Below, piece after piece: positions 25,501 to 39,679 of a stretch of DNA of 64,000 nucleotides. Origin of the DNA: the human T2T-CHM13v2.0 reference genome, Homo sapiens; assembly GCF_009914755.1 (NCBI RefSeq), contig NC_060947.1; one strand, given 5' to 3'. Below the pieces are notes generated by a model. That model was not told where the DNA came from. It did no database searches and saw nothing but the letters and a program-made list of their open reading frames with translations. Every line of letters begins with the position of its first letter. The first letter of the stretch is position 1. The position numbers and the translations under genes were made by a program.

Positions 25501-25963
25501 GATAGTATCTGAATGTACCAAACTCACTGGTAATAGTATGTACACAGAAAAATGAAGAATATTACAACACTGTAATTGTGGTGTGTAAATTACTCTTATA
25601 TAAGTGAGAAATATTAAATGATGATCTAATCAAAAGTATTAACTACAACAAATATTCAAGACATATACACTACAATAAGTTACAAACAGAAACAAAAATG
25701 TAAAAAGTAGAGGAAGAAAAGTAAGGCATAAGTTTTTCTTAGTTTTCTTTCTGCTTGTTTGTTCATGAAAACAGTATTGTTATTAGCTTAAAATTATGGG
25801 TTATAAGATACTATTTGTAAGCCTCATGGTAACCTCAAATCAAAAAAATCATACAACAGATATATAATGATTGTAAAGCAAAAAATTGAATCATACAACC
25901 AGAAAAAATGACCATCAATAAAAGGAGGATAAAAAAGAAGAAAAGAAGAAATTGAAGACAACA

Positions 25964-26272
<309 letters not shown>

Positions 26273-26688
26273 GAAGACAACAAACAACCAAAAAATAATT
26301 AAGGAAATGAAAACAGTAAGTCTTTTCTTATCAATAATACCATTAAATATAAATGACTAAACACTCCAATCAAAAGACACTGAGTGACTGAATAGATAAA
26401 AGAAAAAACAAGTCCCAATAATCTGTAGCCTACAAGAAACACATTTCACCTATAAAGACACATATAGACTCAAAATAAATGAATGGAAAAAGATAGTCAA
26501 TGCTAATAGAAAACAAAAAAGAGCAGTAGTAGCTATATTTATATCAGACAAATTAGATTTCACAACAAAAACTGTAAGAATTGACCCCTTTATTAGGTCA
26601 ATTCTGCAAGAGGTTATATCAATTTTAAATATATATGCACCCAGCACTGGACCACCTAGACACAGAAAACAAATATTATTAGAAATAA

Positions 26689-27428
<740 letters not shown>

Positions 27429-29989
27429 GAAGAACTAGAAAAGCAAGAACAAGCAAAAACCTAAATTAGTAGATGAAAAGAAATAATAAAGATTAGAGCA
27501 GAAATAAATGAATTTAAAATGAAGAAAACAATACAAAAGATCAATGAAACAAAAATTCGGTCTTTTGAAAAGATCAACAAAATTGACAAACCTTTACTCT
27601 AACTGAGAAAAAAGAGAGAAGACTCAAATAAATAAATTCAGAGATGAAAAATGAGACGTTACAGCTGATACTACAGAATTTCAAAGGATCATTAGTGGCT
27701 ACTATGAGCAACTGTATGCCAACAAACTGGAAATTCTAGAGGAAAGGAATGAATTTCCTCACGCATACAATTTGCAAAGATTGAACCAAGAAGAAATCCA
27801 AAACCTGAATGAATCAATAATAAATAATGATATCAAAGCTATAATAAAAAGTGCCCTAGCAAAAAAAAAGCCTGGGACCCGATGTCTTCACTCCCGAATT
27901 TTACCAAGCATTAAAATAAGAACTAATATCAATTCTACTCAAACTATTTCATAAAATAGAGGATGAATGACTACTTACAAACTCTTTCTATGGGTCTAGT
28001 ATTAGCTGGATACCAAAACCAGACAAGACACATCAAAAAAAGAAAACCACAGCCCAATATCACTGATAAGTATTGGTGCAATCATCCTTAACAAAATACT
28101 AGCAAACCAAATAAAACAATATATTAAAATGATCAATCATCTTTATTTATCCCAGGGTTGAAAGAATGGTTCAGCATTGTCAAATTAATTAATGCAATAC
28201 ATCATGTCAACAGGATGAAGGGCAAAAATCATGTGGTCATTTCAAGTGATGATAAAAGAGCATTTTATAAAATTAAACATTCCCTCATGAGTACAACCCT
28301 CAAATAAACTGGATATAAACGAAACATACCTCAACATTACAATAGCCATAAATGACAGTCACAAAGTTAGTATAATACTGAATGCGGAAATGTTTCTTGT
28401 CGTGTTTCCTCTCAATTTGGTAACATGACAAGAATGTCCACTTTCACTACTGTGACTAACATAGTACTGTATGTCCTAGCTAGAGCAATCAGACAAGAGA
28501 AAGAAATAGAGCGTATCCAAATCGAAAGGAAATAAGTCAAATTATCCTTGTTTGCAGATAATATAATTTTATATTTTGAAAAACCTAAAGACTCCACCAA
28601 AAAAGATTAGAACTGATAAACAAATTAAGTTGGAAAAATCATTAACATACAAAAATCAGTAGCATTTCTATGTGCCAACAGTAAACACTCTAAAAAGCAA
28701 GTCAAGAAAGTAATCCTATGTACAGTTGCTACAAATAAAAAAAAAAAATCTAGGAATTAACCAAAGAAGTAAAAGATCTCTACAGTGAAAACTATGAAAC
28801 ATCAATTCAAGCAATTGGAGAAGACACAACATATAGAAAGATATTCCATGTTCATGGATAAGAAGAATCAATATTGCTATAATGTTCATACTACCCAAAG
28901 ACATTTACAGATTCAATGCAATCCCTATCAAAATACCAATGACACTTCACAGAAATTTAAAAAAATTCTAAAATTTATATGGAGCAACAAAAGACTCAGA
29001 GTGAACAAAGATATTCTAAGTAAAAAGAACAAAACTGGAGGAATCACATTACCTGCCTTTAAATTATACTACTGAGCTATAGTAATTAAAATGATGTGCT
29101 ACTGCAAAAAAAAATGCATAGTTCAGTGGAACAGTAGAGAGTCTCAAGAGACAAATCCATACGTCTTCAGTGAACTCATTCTTAAAAAAATGCCACGAAT
29201 ATACATTAGGGACAGTCTTTTCAATAAATGGTGCTGGGAAAACTGAATATCATATCCAAGAGAAACTAGACTCCTATCTCTTGTCCTATGCAAAAATCAA
29301 ATAATAGTAGATTAAACACTTAAATCTAAGACCTAAAACTATGAAGCTACTAAAAGAAAACATTGTGGAAACTCTCCAGAACATTGGCCTGGGCAAAAAT
29401 TTCTTGAGCAATAACTCATAAGCACAGGCAACCAAAGCAAAAACGGACAAATGGGATTACAGCAACTTGAAAAGCTTCTGCACAGCAAAGAAAACACTCA
29501 ACAGTGACACAACCCACAGAATGAGAGATTATATTTGCAAACTACCCTTCTGACAAGGGATTAATAACCAGAATATATAAGGGACTCAAACAACTCTACA
29601 GGAAAAAATATATAATAATTTGATCTAAATATGGACAAAATATTTGAATAGACATTTCTCAAATGAAGACATACAAATGGCAAACAAAGCATATGAAAAG
29701 GTGGTCAATATCACTTATCATGAAAGAAATACAAATCAAAACTGCAATGAAATATCATCTCATCCCAGTTAAAATGGCTTATATTTCCAAAAGACGGGCA
29801 ATAAGAAATGCAGTTGATGAGGATGTGGAGAAAATGAAATGATTTCTGATAATACTACAGTCTATTCCTGCTGTCAGACACAGGATTGCTACCACTACTG
29901 AACTTATAATGCATTCTGCTATGCCTGAATATTTCCATCCAGCAATGCATATATCTTAGGAAGTGAAACATTTACCTATTCTTCTAGAT

Positions 29990-30212
29990 CAGGGGTATGA
30001 CACTTTTTCTGGAAAGGGTCAGATAGTAAACATATTAGGTTTTGTAGCCTGTCAGGTCTCTTTCATAGACACTTAAATCTGTTTCTGTAGCACAAAAGAA
30101 ACCAAAGGCAATGAGCAAATACATAAATGTTGTTGTGTTTCAACAAAACTTTAGGTACAAAAACAGTAAATGAACTGTATTTGACACTCAGGCTATAATT
30201 TACTCATTCCTG
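29990..30212 (+). mobile_element. MER58A hAT-Charlie MITE
   Basis: cagggg...cctg termini, aaagggtcagatagtaaacatattagg core; 8-bp TSD ttctagat/ttctatat. Confidence 0.88.
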
Positions 30213-31399
30213 TTCTATATCACTGCATTGTTCTATTATCTCTTCTAATTAGACTCATTAATTTAAATGTACTTATCTTTTTGATAGAGTCGGTAGATTT
30301 TACATTCTCCAGTTTCATAGTTAAGCTGTGTGTGTAAGATTTTAACTATTTCAGAAGAAGTAGCAGCATCTAAATATTGATTGTGAGACTGAAGCTTCCT
30401 AATTCTCATTTCACATTGGCCAATGACTATTAAATATTTATAAGAGGTGATAACTTTTGTAAAATAAAATGTTAAAAAACTCACCAAACTATTGTAGAAT
30501 GTTGAGATCTAACATACCATTTTACCACAAAAGAAAAGATAATTGAGAGGTACCATAGTTCCCAGGAGGTAATTTTCAGGTATGACAATTGTTTCTTTGA
30601 CATATGTTTATGGTACTTGGTGGCATTCCTGCACTGTGGCAGGTGCAGGTAAGGGATTCATACCAGGTAATACAACCCATCAAATATTGAGTCAAATATT
30701 TAGTCAAATAATATTCTGTACCAAGGAATGGTAAAATATGAAGTCTTTTGTCAAATATGTCTCTATAAAACCTGAAAAAAGAACCTCAAGAAAAGAGAGT
30801 AAACATTTGGAAACCATTAGCAGTGGAAGGCAAGAGAAAATTTCGAGTTATACTAGATAAATCAAAAAGCTTTTGCTCTTTCACCCATTCACTCTCCCCA
30901 GTATCAAAGCAGAATTAGTGAGAAAAAGGAGGAGTAAATGAATGAAAGAACAGAAAAAATGCCTCCTCCATCCTACATGCTAAACTCTGAGCATCAAGTC
31001 AGAGGGATTGGTGGAATTAGACTGTGAATTATGTAAGAGATAAAAGATTTGATCTCATGTTCTATATTTTTTTAACTTGAAAATTACACTGTTAATATTT
31101 GAAAGTGACCTAAAAAGCCGTGTGACCTGCCTTTCCAGGTTGTCATTCAGAAGCAAAAAAGAGAGATTGGACTGAGTGTGTTTGAAACAAATAATGTGAG
31201 AGGGATCAAGCTGTTGTTTGGTTTTATCCCATGGAGGTATGCCTTTTTAATAAACAAGCTAAAATGCATATTCCTTTTCTCCAGCAATTCAACTTTTTAA
31301 TATTTATCTTCTCATTGCCCTTCACTTACTTCTCCATAATATTTTACCTGTAAAACTTACAGAAAATTAAAATATTAAAAATTAAGTAGAGGAAATAAT

Positions 31400-32100
31400 G
31401 AAACTAATAATACAGGGTACTTTCCACAAATGAAATAAAATATAATTCTGAAAATTCAAAGAGTGCACTAATGGAAAACAATATGCATAGCTAGACACAT
31501 AATTGTGAAATTTCAGAGGAAAGAGAGAAAGAGAAACAGAGAAAAAAGGTACATCTGTTTTCTGTCCTGTTTTTTGACATCTCATAAACAATTCTGGACT
31601 CTAGAAGAAAGGAGAAAAGTTTCTTCAAAGATCTGAGGAAAAATGATTTTTATCTTACAATATTATACTAAATAAAATCAAGTAAAAGCCATATCAGAAC
31701 TCAGAACACTTGCCTTTTATAAACTCCTTATTGAAAAGAGACTTGATATTTTTGCAGCACCACGAAGTAAACCCAGTTAGGAGAACATATGGAATTCAGA
31801 AATGAATAGATCTAATCCAGGAGAGCACTGCATGCTCAGAGACCAACTAGTTCAATATGGAGAAGACAGACAAGGAGTTCCAGAAGGAAGTTATCCGTGG
31901 TAAAAGGAGATCTCATAGAAAAGATAATATGCTTGAGACATTAGAAGAATTTACTAATAAGATAAAATCTAAAAATATATTAAAAACTAGAAATACTAAT
32001 AGATATTCCTGCAAAGAAAAAAGTGTGCAAAAGAGAAAATGAAATGGAACAGACTATATGGCCATGAAGCAGAATTTGCTATGATTATATGAGCTGTCAA
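31400..32100 (+). mobile_element. Old L1 (L1ME-type) ORF1-region fragment
   Basis: A-rich; ctagacacataattgtgaaatttcag, ttcttcaaagatctgaggaaaaatgattt. Confidence 0.5.
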
Positions 32101-32459
32101 TTTACAATTTTGGGGGTTCAACCTATAGACAAAGCACACAAAATATATAATTATAGACTGTAACATAAATGTAACCACGTTTTTGAGGAGTCTCAACTTG
32201 CTCAACTTGTTAACACATAAACACAAAATGAGGTTTTATATTTTTCCCTGATGACTGCTACCGCATTGTCTTTCAATTGTACCTCACTATCAAACCTCAC
32301 TATCCTGATGTGTATCGTATATCTTAATAACATCTTGGGTAGATTCTATAATTTTCTTTCACTTTAACCTGCTTAAATATTCTCTTGTTGGTATTACCAT
32401 TTCGGTTCTACTCATCTTAAAGCTGTAATATCAAACTTGCTTCAAAGTATTTATCCTAC

Positions 32460-33013
32460 TGTTACAGGAAAGGGGTCCCGATCCAGATCCCAAGAGAGGG
32501 TTCTTGGATCCTGAGCAAGAAATAATTCGGGGTAAGTCCATAGAGTAAAGTGAAAGCCAGTTTATTAGGAAAGTAAAGGAATAAAAGAATGGCTACTCCA
32601 TAGATAGAGCAGCCCTGAGGGCTGCTGGGTACCCATCTACCTGGTTATCTCTAGATGATAAAATAAACAAAGGGTGGATTATTCATGTCTCCCCCTTTTA
32701 GACCATATAGGGTAATTTCCTGATGTTGTCATGGCATTTACAAACTGCCATGGCACTGGTGGGAGTGTAACCGTGAGGTAGACCAGAGGTCACTCTCCTG
32801 GCAGTCTTGGTTTTGGTGGGTTTTAGCCGGCTTCTTTACTGCAACCTGTTTTATCAGCAAGGTCTTTATGACCTGTATCTGGTGCCGACCTCCTATCTCA
32901 CCCTGTGATTTAGAATGTCTTAACCATCCGGGAGTGCACCCCAGTAGGTCTCAGCCTCATTTTACCCAATCCCTATTCAAGATGGAGCTTCTCTGGTTGA
33001 CATGCCTCTGACA
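32460..33013 (-). mobile_element. MER41 (A/B) solo LTR
   Basis: tgttacaggaaaggggtcccgatccaga...caagatggagcttctctggttgacatgcctctgaca; perfect 4-bp TSD ctac. Confidence 0.92.
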
Positions 33014-33599
33014 CTACCACCCAACCTAAGACAACCTAGTCTGGTCTAAACTTCAAGTGACTTATAATGGCAAGAAAGGATCTGTGCATTATAAAACACA
33101 CTTTTTCTCTCAGAATGTTCTCACCCTTCTATCTTCAAATTCTAGATTGCCAAATACCTCTTACCTGACAATCAGTAGTGAGGTTAGAAGGCAGGCCACA
33201 TAGCACCATCAGGAGTACAACAGACTTCCAGATGGGTAACAGAATACTAACGGACATTTCCTGCAGGCAATTCTAATCTTTATGAATGGTTTGCTTGAAT
33301 TATCACTCTCACCAGATTTCAAAAACTGTAATGCATCCATTCTTTTCCCTCATGATTTCTAGGCATGAGGTGGGGGAGGGTAACTGGAGAATGTAGGCTA
33401 GTTATGGGACACTCAGTAAGCCCCATGGGGAGAAACTGGTCTTAAACTGCATTTTTAGCTAATTTGATACCATTGTAGCACAATTTTGAACTTAGAATGA
33501 GAGACATTTAATGCATTTTGTACTCGATTTTACTCATAGTCATAATTTCAGCACAACAGGAAAAAAAATTACACCGTATACGTTTTTGTTATTATATGC

Positions 33600-34130
33600 A
33601 ATTTACAAAATTGAAATAGATAAGAAACTGGCAGGTAGAAAGAAAAGAAAAAGAGTAGGGTTGCTAAAAACTTTTTTATAAGGTGCAGAGTCTAGAAATA
33701 GAGGTATAATTAAGTTATATAAGTCATAATTGCTATAGATAAGTTAAATAATATTAATGACTTAGTTTTCCTGGACAGGGAGAATGTGAGGAAATGTGGA
33801 GATACGTACATGAACTAAATCTTCAGACATGATAATGGGATTTAAATGGATCATGTTTAAAATGATAAACATTTCTGATATGCTATAAACTCAAAATATG
33901 CTAATATTTTAACATATTTTAAAATATTAACAAAACACAATTTGAGTTTATAGCATAACATATCAGAAAAGTTAAAACCTGAAGCAATTAAAGATGGCTT
34001 TTTTTCTTTTTTGCTCACAAGTAGGACTTGTGGTGAAGACTGAGGCAGGATTATTGCTTTTTATCATGATCCCTTTTGTATTGTTTCTGTAAGTCATATG
34101 GACAAATTTTTTTATTTAAATTACAAGATA
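33600..34130 (+). mobile_element. Old L1 (L1MC/ME) 3' fragment
   Basis: Diverged A-rich L1 3'-UTR-like sequence. Confidence 0.4.
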
Positions 34131-34868
34131 ATATTTATTTTGGCAATGAAGTGGTGAATTAGATACAGTCATGCACTGATGTGGAACTACATGTTAGTAT
34201 TACTTTTTGGGAAAATTTTTTTGTAATTCATTCAGAACTTGAAGCATGTCCCTCTTGGACACAACAATTATTGTATCTTTGTCTCTCTTTGACAATCTTT
34301 CTGTTTATGGATATTCAGATTAGATTTGTTCTCTCTGGGAATTTCTTCCAAATTAGACTTTACTAGAAGAAAATGTTTTCTCAATTAGCCCCTTAGGTCT
34401 GACCTGGTGAATGTAAAGATAAGAAGAAAATGGAGCTGCAATAAATCAGCTGTACTAACATCATTCTATCTCTTACATAGTTTGATGAAAATAACCAAGG
34501 AGAAGCATACAGGTGGTGCTCTACAAAAATAAACTTCACACAGAAATAAACTTGATGAATTTCCAATATCAAAGATTAAGTAATTTTTAGTGATTAGAGT
34601 TATTGATAAGAATAATTTCCTTATAAATTTGTCCACATTTTAATGTTTTTAAGTATACACAATGATATTCAGGAACTAAAAAAGTACTGTATACAACACA
34701 TTTTCTATAGAATTTACAAAAATTAGGAGTATTCACAGAAGTACACATTTTTCAAATTTAGTACAGTCTCTATTAACAATTCTGAAGTAATACAATAGTA
34801 ATTCCATTTAGTTGGAAGTAAATACAAATATCAACATTCAATATTGTGGTATAACATTTATAGAAAAA

Positions 34869-34958
34869 CTTTTTATTTTGTTTATAACTGACACATAATA
34901 ATTGTACATGTTTATGGGGAACAGTGTGATGTTTCAGTACATGTATATGTTGTACATG
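34869..34958 (-). mobile_element. L1MA 3'-terminal fragment
   Basis: tgacacataataattgtacatgtttatggggaacagtgtgatgtttc. Confidence 0.7.
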
Positions 34959-36306
34959 CTGTAGGAGTGATTTTGAAATAAAGGGTCATGACAATGTTTT
35001 ATGAGATCAATTTAGTGAATCACAATCAGAGGGTTTTTAAATGAAATTGAAAAGAAAAGAAAAAGGATAAAAATGTCAGATAACACTTGAAAGTTTCATA
35101 AAACTTTTATTTCAGTTAGCTATGTGAAGAAAAATACACACTCATATGTATATGATGAGTTTATACTGTGAGACCCAATCAAAATAGAAAAGCCTCCTTA
35201 TATACAGGACAATGAGCCTTTCAAATTTTGTGAAAGATCAGGATTTACTTGTGCATGTGTGTGTTTGCAAGCATCTTTGAAAAAGTTCATGCACCAAAAT
35301 AATAAACATGTATATACCTTTGTTCTAAGAAAGATGTCTCCTAAAAGATACAAATAGTCTCTAGTCTACATAAAATCCATAAGAAATTTCTGGAGAATTA
35401 CATTTGATATTTGTTTTTGAATGCATAGCAGATGCCTTATTGCTGGTCGCTGCATGCCTGCTAGTGTACCATGCGGTGATTATTACACTACATGCTGAGC
35501 AACAAGTCAGCTGGAGAGCACCGGAAGAGAAATGGATACTTCGTGAATAAACATTTGCTTACAGATCACATTATGTGTGATCACTGTTTTGCAGCTGCTG
35601 TTGTTAGTCCTTTGTTGTAAATTGAAACAAAATCAATGTGAAAAATGAAAGATTATTTCGTTGTTCATAGATGCTGAATTTATGTAGCCTTCAGGCATAT
35701 TTTTGTGATGCTGTTATTATAGTATCTTTAAGTGGGAACAATATTGCATTTCTCTGAGTATGTTAGCTACCTATCTTCTTTCCTAGGTCAAATTCACAGG
35801 TAACAAATGACAGATAATTAAAAACTAAAGGCAAAAATAAAAAGAAAAAGGTCAATGGTAAAGCTATAGCTGTCCTAAAACACTTCTACTCATAAAGAGG
35901 TCTCTGAAGGTTAACTCTCAGTGGCAAAGTAACGGCTTTGGATTGCATTCATTTTGAGTGATGACCGAAGTAAAACCTATACATGCTTGCTATTGCTGAC
36001 AGGAGAAAGTATAGATTAAGACAGCACAAGAAATGAGTACATTTATATTCATGAATAAATTCATTCTTTCCTTTACGTAATATGGATAATTTTGAATATC
36101 TTTTCAACAACAAATGAGCTGGCATTATGTGCATAAGGAACTATTACAAAAACGGCTTATAGTTTTGCACTCAGCTTCTCAATGTAATGTCTAGATCTAT
36201 TGAATATCAGCTTGTATTGGTGATTATTATATATTTAAGTTCTCCTTTAACCTAGTGTTCACAATTTTAATCTATTTCTTTTTTTCTTCTCTATTCATTT
36301 TATTGA

Positions 36307-36643
<337 letters not shown>

Positions 36644-37620
36644 TTAGTTCATTTTTTATCTGCATTATAAACATACTCACATAGCACTTTTATTCTCATT
36701 CTCCAGTACTAATAAATATGATTTTTTAAGAATATTTTATAACAAATATTTGACTTAAAGGATGAGAAACTGAAAAGGATATATAAAATAAGTATTTTTT
36801 TTCTTAAGGAAAGCACTAATTATGATGATTATTATGATGATTAATATTATTATGAACATGATTAATTAGTTCTATATGTTAAAGTATTTTTATTTAAACT
36901 ATAAAAAAGTCAGTTTGCTGTACAATTAAGAAAAACATGATATGAATAAGTAGAACATAAAACAAATCCTACTTAATATACACTAGAATTATTTTTGAAA
37001 AACCAAGCCAAATACAAAATCGTCTAGAAATGTCTAATGATTCCTAATTTAATAGATACATGGGCCAGTCAAAATAAAACACATCTTATTAAAAAAAACT
37101 AACAAACATAAGAAAGAATAAAAGTAGTTTCTTAGTTGTAAATATATACCAATATTAGGTTTATTGTGCAGTTAAATTAAAATTTAAATAACATGGTCAA
37201 GCTAGTATGAAGCTATCACTAAACATAAACACAATACAAATGCCTCTACAAAATGGATTAATGGCTAACTAAATACTCTAATGAGTTAAAACACGGAAAG
37301 TTTCTAAATGAAATTAAATTATATTAAACAGAAATGATATCACTACTCTAAAATGTATCAGATGACTTTATCCTAAAGATTGTAGGGGTGAAAGTTTAGA
37401 GATAGAACATTGCAATGACAAGATATCTGTGTTTAGGACAGAATTGTCAAAGTATATGTGGAGCTTCACCTAATGATTTTTTTTTCATATAACTGAGTTG
37501 ATCTGAAAGAAAAAAATTGAAATAAAATGTGTTTACCAATATGTTTAACCCCCCAAATGGGAATGCATTAGTAATATCTTATATGTGTATTAAATAATAA
37601 ACACAATAAGCCACTTGTAA

Positions 37621-37698
37621 ATTTTGATTTATGTAAATAAAAATATATGACTTTCACAGTAATTCTGACTTATGTAAGTAAATATATATGACTTTCAC
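37621..37698. repeat. 41-bp tandem duplication (about 2 copies)
   Basis: attttgatttatgtaaataaaaatatatgactttcac / attctgacttatgtaagtaaatatatatgactttcac. Confidence 0.85.
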
Positions 37699-38049
37699 CT
37701 TAATGCAGGAATAATTTTAAAAGTATTTCCTGGAAGAAGTAAGCACAAACCCTCTTTGAAGAAATAGAAGCCTGCCGTAATGATTTTCCAAAAACAAAAT
37801 ACCATGTTATCTTACATTCAAAAATGACAAAATTCACAAAAAAGTTACTATGAATTACAAACACTAAACACAAAAGACAGCACAATCAGACATCATAATA
37901 TTTTATAATTGGAGTTATTGAACACGTAATATAAAATATATATGATTAATATGCTCCAAGAAACAGAATACGTGAAAATATGATCAAATTTAAAAATAAA
38001 AGACTTTGGAAAAGGAATAGATTATTCCCCTAGATACATTGGGAAGTAG

Positions 38050-38187
38050 TAGACCCCTGCTGACATCTTGATTTTGGCCCAGCAGTACTTATTTTGGATC
38101 CTAGCCTTCAGAATTGCAAGTCAATTTTGATTGTTTTAAGTCACTGAATTTGTGATAATTTGTTACAGCAATCACAGGAAATAACAC
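38050..38187 (+). mobile_element. MLT1 LTR 3' fragment
   Basis: ccctgctgacatcttgatttt...gttttaagtcactgaatttgtgataatttgttacagca. Confidence 0.75.
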
Positions 38188-38814
38188 GATATATTTTCTG
38201 AGCACTTTTTAGTAGTCAGAGTCAGAAAATACATTTTTAGTGAAATCATGGGTTCATACTGTAACCTCCAATTCAAATTCAGTACCACAGGATGCTTTAT
38301 TTTATTTTGTATGTTTATCTTTTTTCTTTCCTACTGAGAACTCAAGTTTCCAACAATATCAATATTTCATGACAGTCTTCTATCTTCAAGTAAACATAAA
38401 ATAACTTCAAAGTTACCACACGAGTACTTCTACCAAAATCAAAAGTAAAAGTTGAGATTTTGTTGTGCTAACATTTGTCGTTAGAATGTATTCCACCAAG
38501 TGTGTAGAATCAGAGTATGTGTTTTTATTTTAGTTAGTAATGTGGGTTCATCCACATCTTCAGAGTATTTCTTTAATCTTTTTGTGTTTAATTTAATTTT
38601 TTGAGTATTTAAAGTATTTACATGTTCAAAACTCAAAATTAAGTGAAAAGTAGTAGTCTTGCTTCAATTTTACTCCATCACTCTTTACCTATCCACCAAA
38701 TATATAATAAATATTTTCATTAGCATCTTGTTTTCTCACTTTTTTAGCATTTACATTATATCCTATAATTCACTCCATATCAGCTAAAAAATAATATCTT
38801 CATTCCTTTTATTA

Positions 38815-39305
38815 ACATTCTCTTTTGAGGTAGTTATTGAATTACATGTAGTGGCAATAAATAATCAGATAAATCCTATATAGTTTTACCTAGTTTCCCC
38901 CAATGGTAACACCTTGCATAACTATTTTACATTGTCATGACTAAAAAATAGAAATTGATACACTCTATCTATTCATATTTTACCAGTGTTACACACAGTC
39001 ATTGAGTCATTGAGTGTCTGTGTGTTTATTTCATACTGTGAAATTTTATCACATGTCACATGCAGATTCATGTGACCACTTCCACAGTCAGGATATAGGA
39101 TAATTTTATCACCGCAAGGATCTCTCATGTTGTCTTCTCACAACCACATTGACATCCTTCTCCCTAGACCTTTGCAAACCCTAGAAACCACGAATCTGTT
39201 CTTCACTAATATTATTTTGTCTTTTCAAGAATGCTGTATACACAGAATCCTATGGTATGAAACATTTGCAGATTTACATTTTTTCCACTTAGTATAATTC
39301 CCCTA
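38815..39305 (-). mobile_element. L1MC/MD 3' end
   Basis: tagtttcccccaatggtaacaccttgc...ccacgaatctgttcttcact. Confidence 0.75.
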
Positions 39306-39309
39306 AGAC

Positions 39310-39672
39310 CCCACCAGGACTAGAAGCGGCTTAGATGTGTGGCTTTCACAGAGAGGAATGGAAGGGGCAAGTAAATACAGTAGCTTCAACAGTAACATCC
39401 AGGTACTCGCATTGGGACTAATCAAGGAAACAACTTGACCCACAAAGAATGGAGAAAAATAAAGCAGGACGACAGCCCACCCAGGAGTGACATGGAACCA
39501 AGGGAACCTCTCAGAGGGAGGGGAGGGCTGCTATCTTTGCTGTTTGGGCAACTTAGCCATTCCAGCTTGTGGGCTTTGGAAAGCTCAAGCCAACCAGTGC
39601 ATAAGCAGTACCCCAGCACAGCACAGCTGCTCTACAAAGGCATGGCCAGACTGCTTCTTTAAGCAGGTCCCC
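39310..39672 (+). mobile_element. Orphan L1PA13-16-type 5' UTR fragment with internal deletion
   Basis: ggactagaagcggct...catccaggtactcgcattgggacta...cccagcacagcacagctgctctac...ggccagactgcttctttaag. Confidence 0.75.
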
Positions 39673-39679
39673 ATATGAA

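Noticed and set aside
25315-25545. Alu-derived ORFs (also 11432, 36255, 47961)
   Set aside because: Standard antisense Alu translations
30500-31260. Possible ancient LTR or DNA element
   Set aside because: Too diverged to assign termini or family by eye
32460-33013. MER41 as an interferon-inducible STAT1 enhancer
   Set aside because: I found no intact TTCnnnGAA; the closest is degenerate (atccgggag, ~32926)
34960-35195. Possible hAT-Charlie-type MITE remnant
   Set aside because: Only weak motif resemblance; no TIR/TSD confirmed
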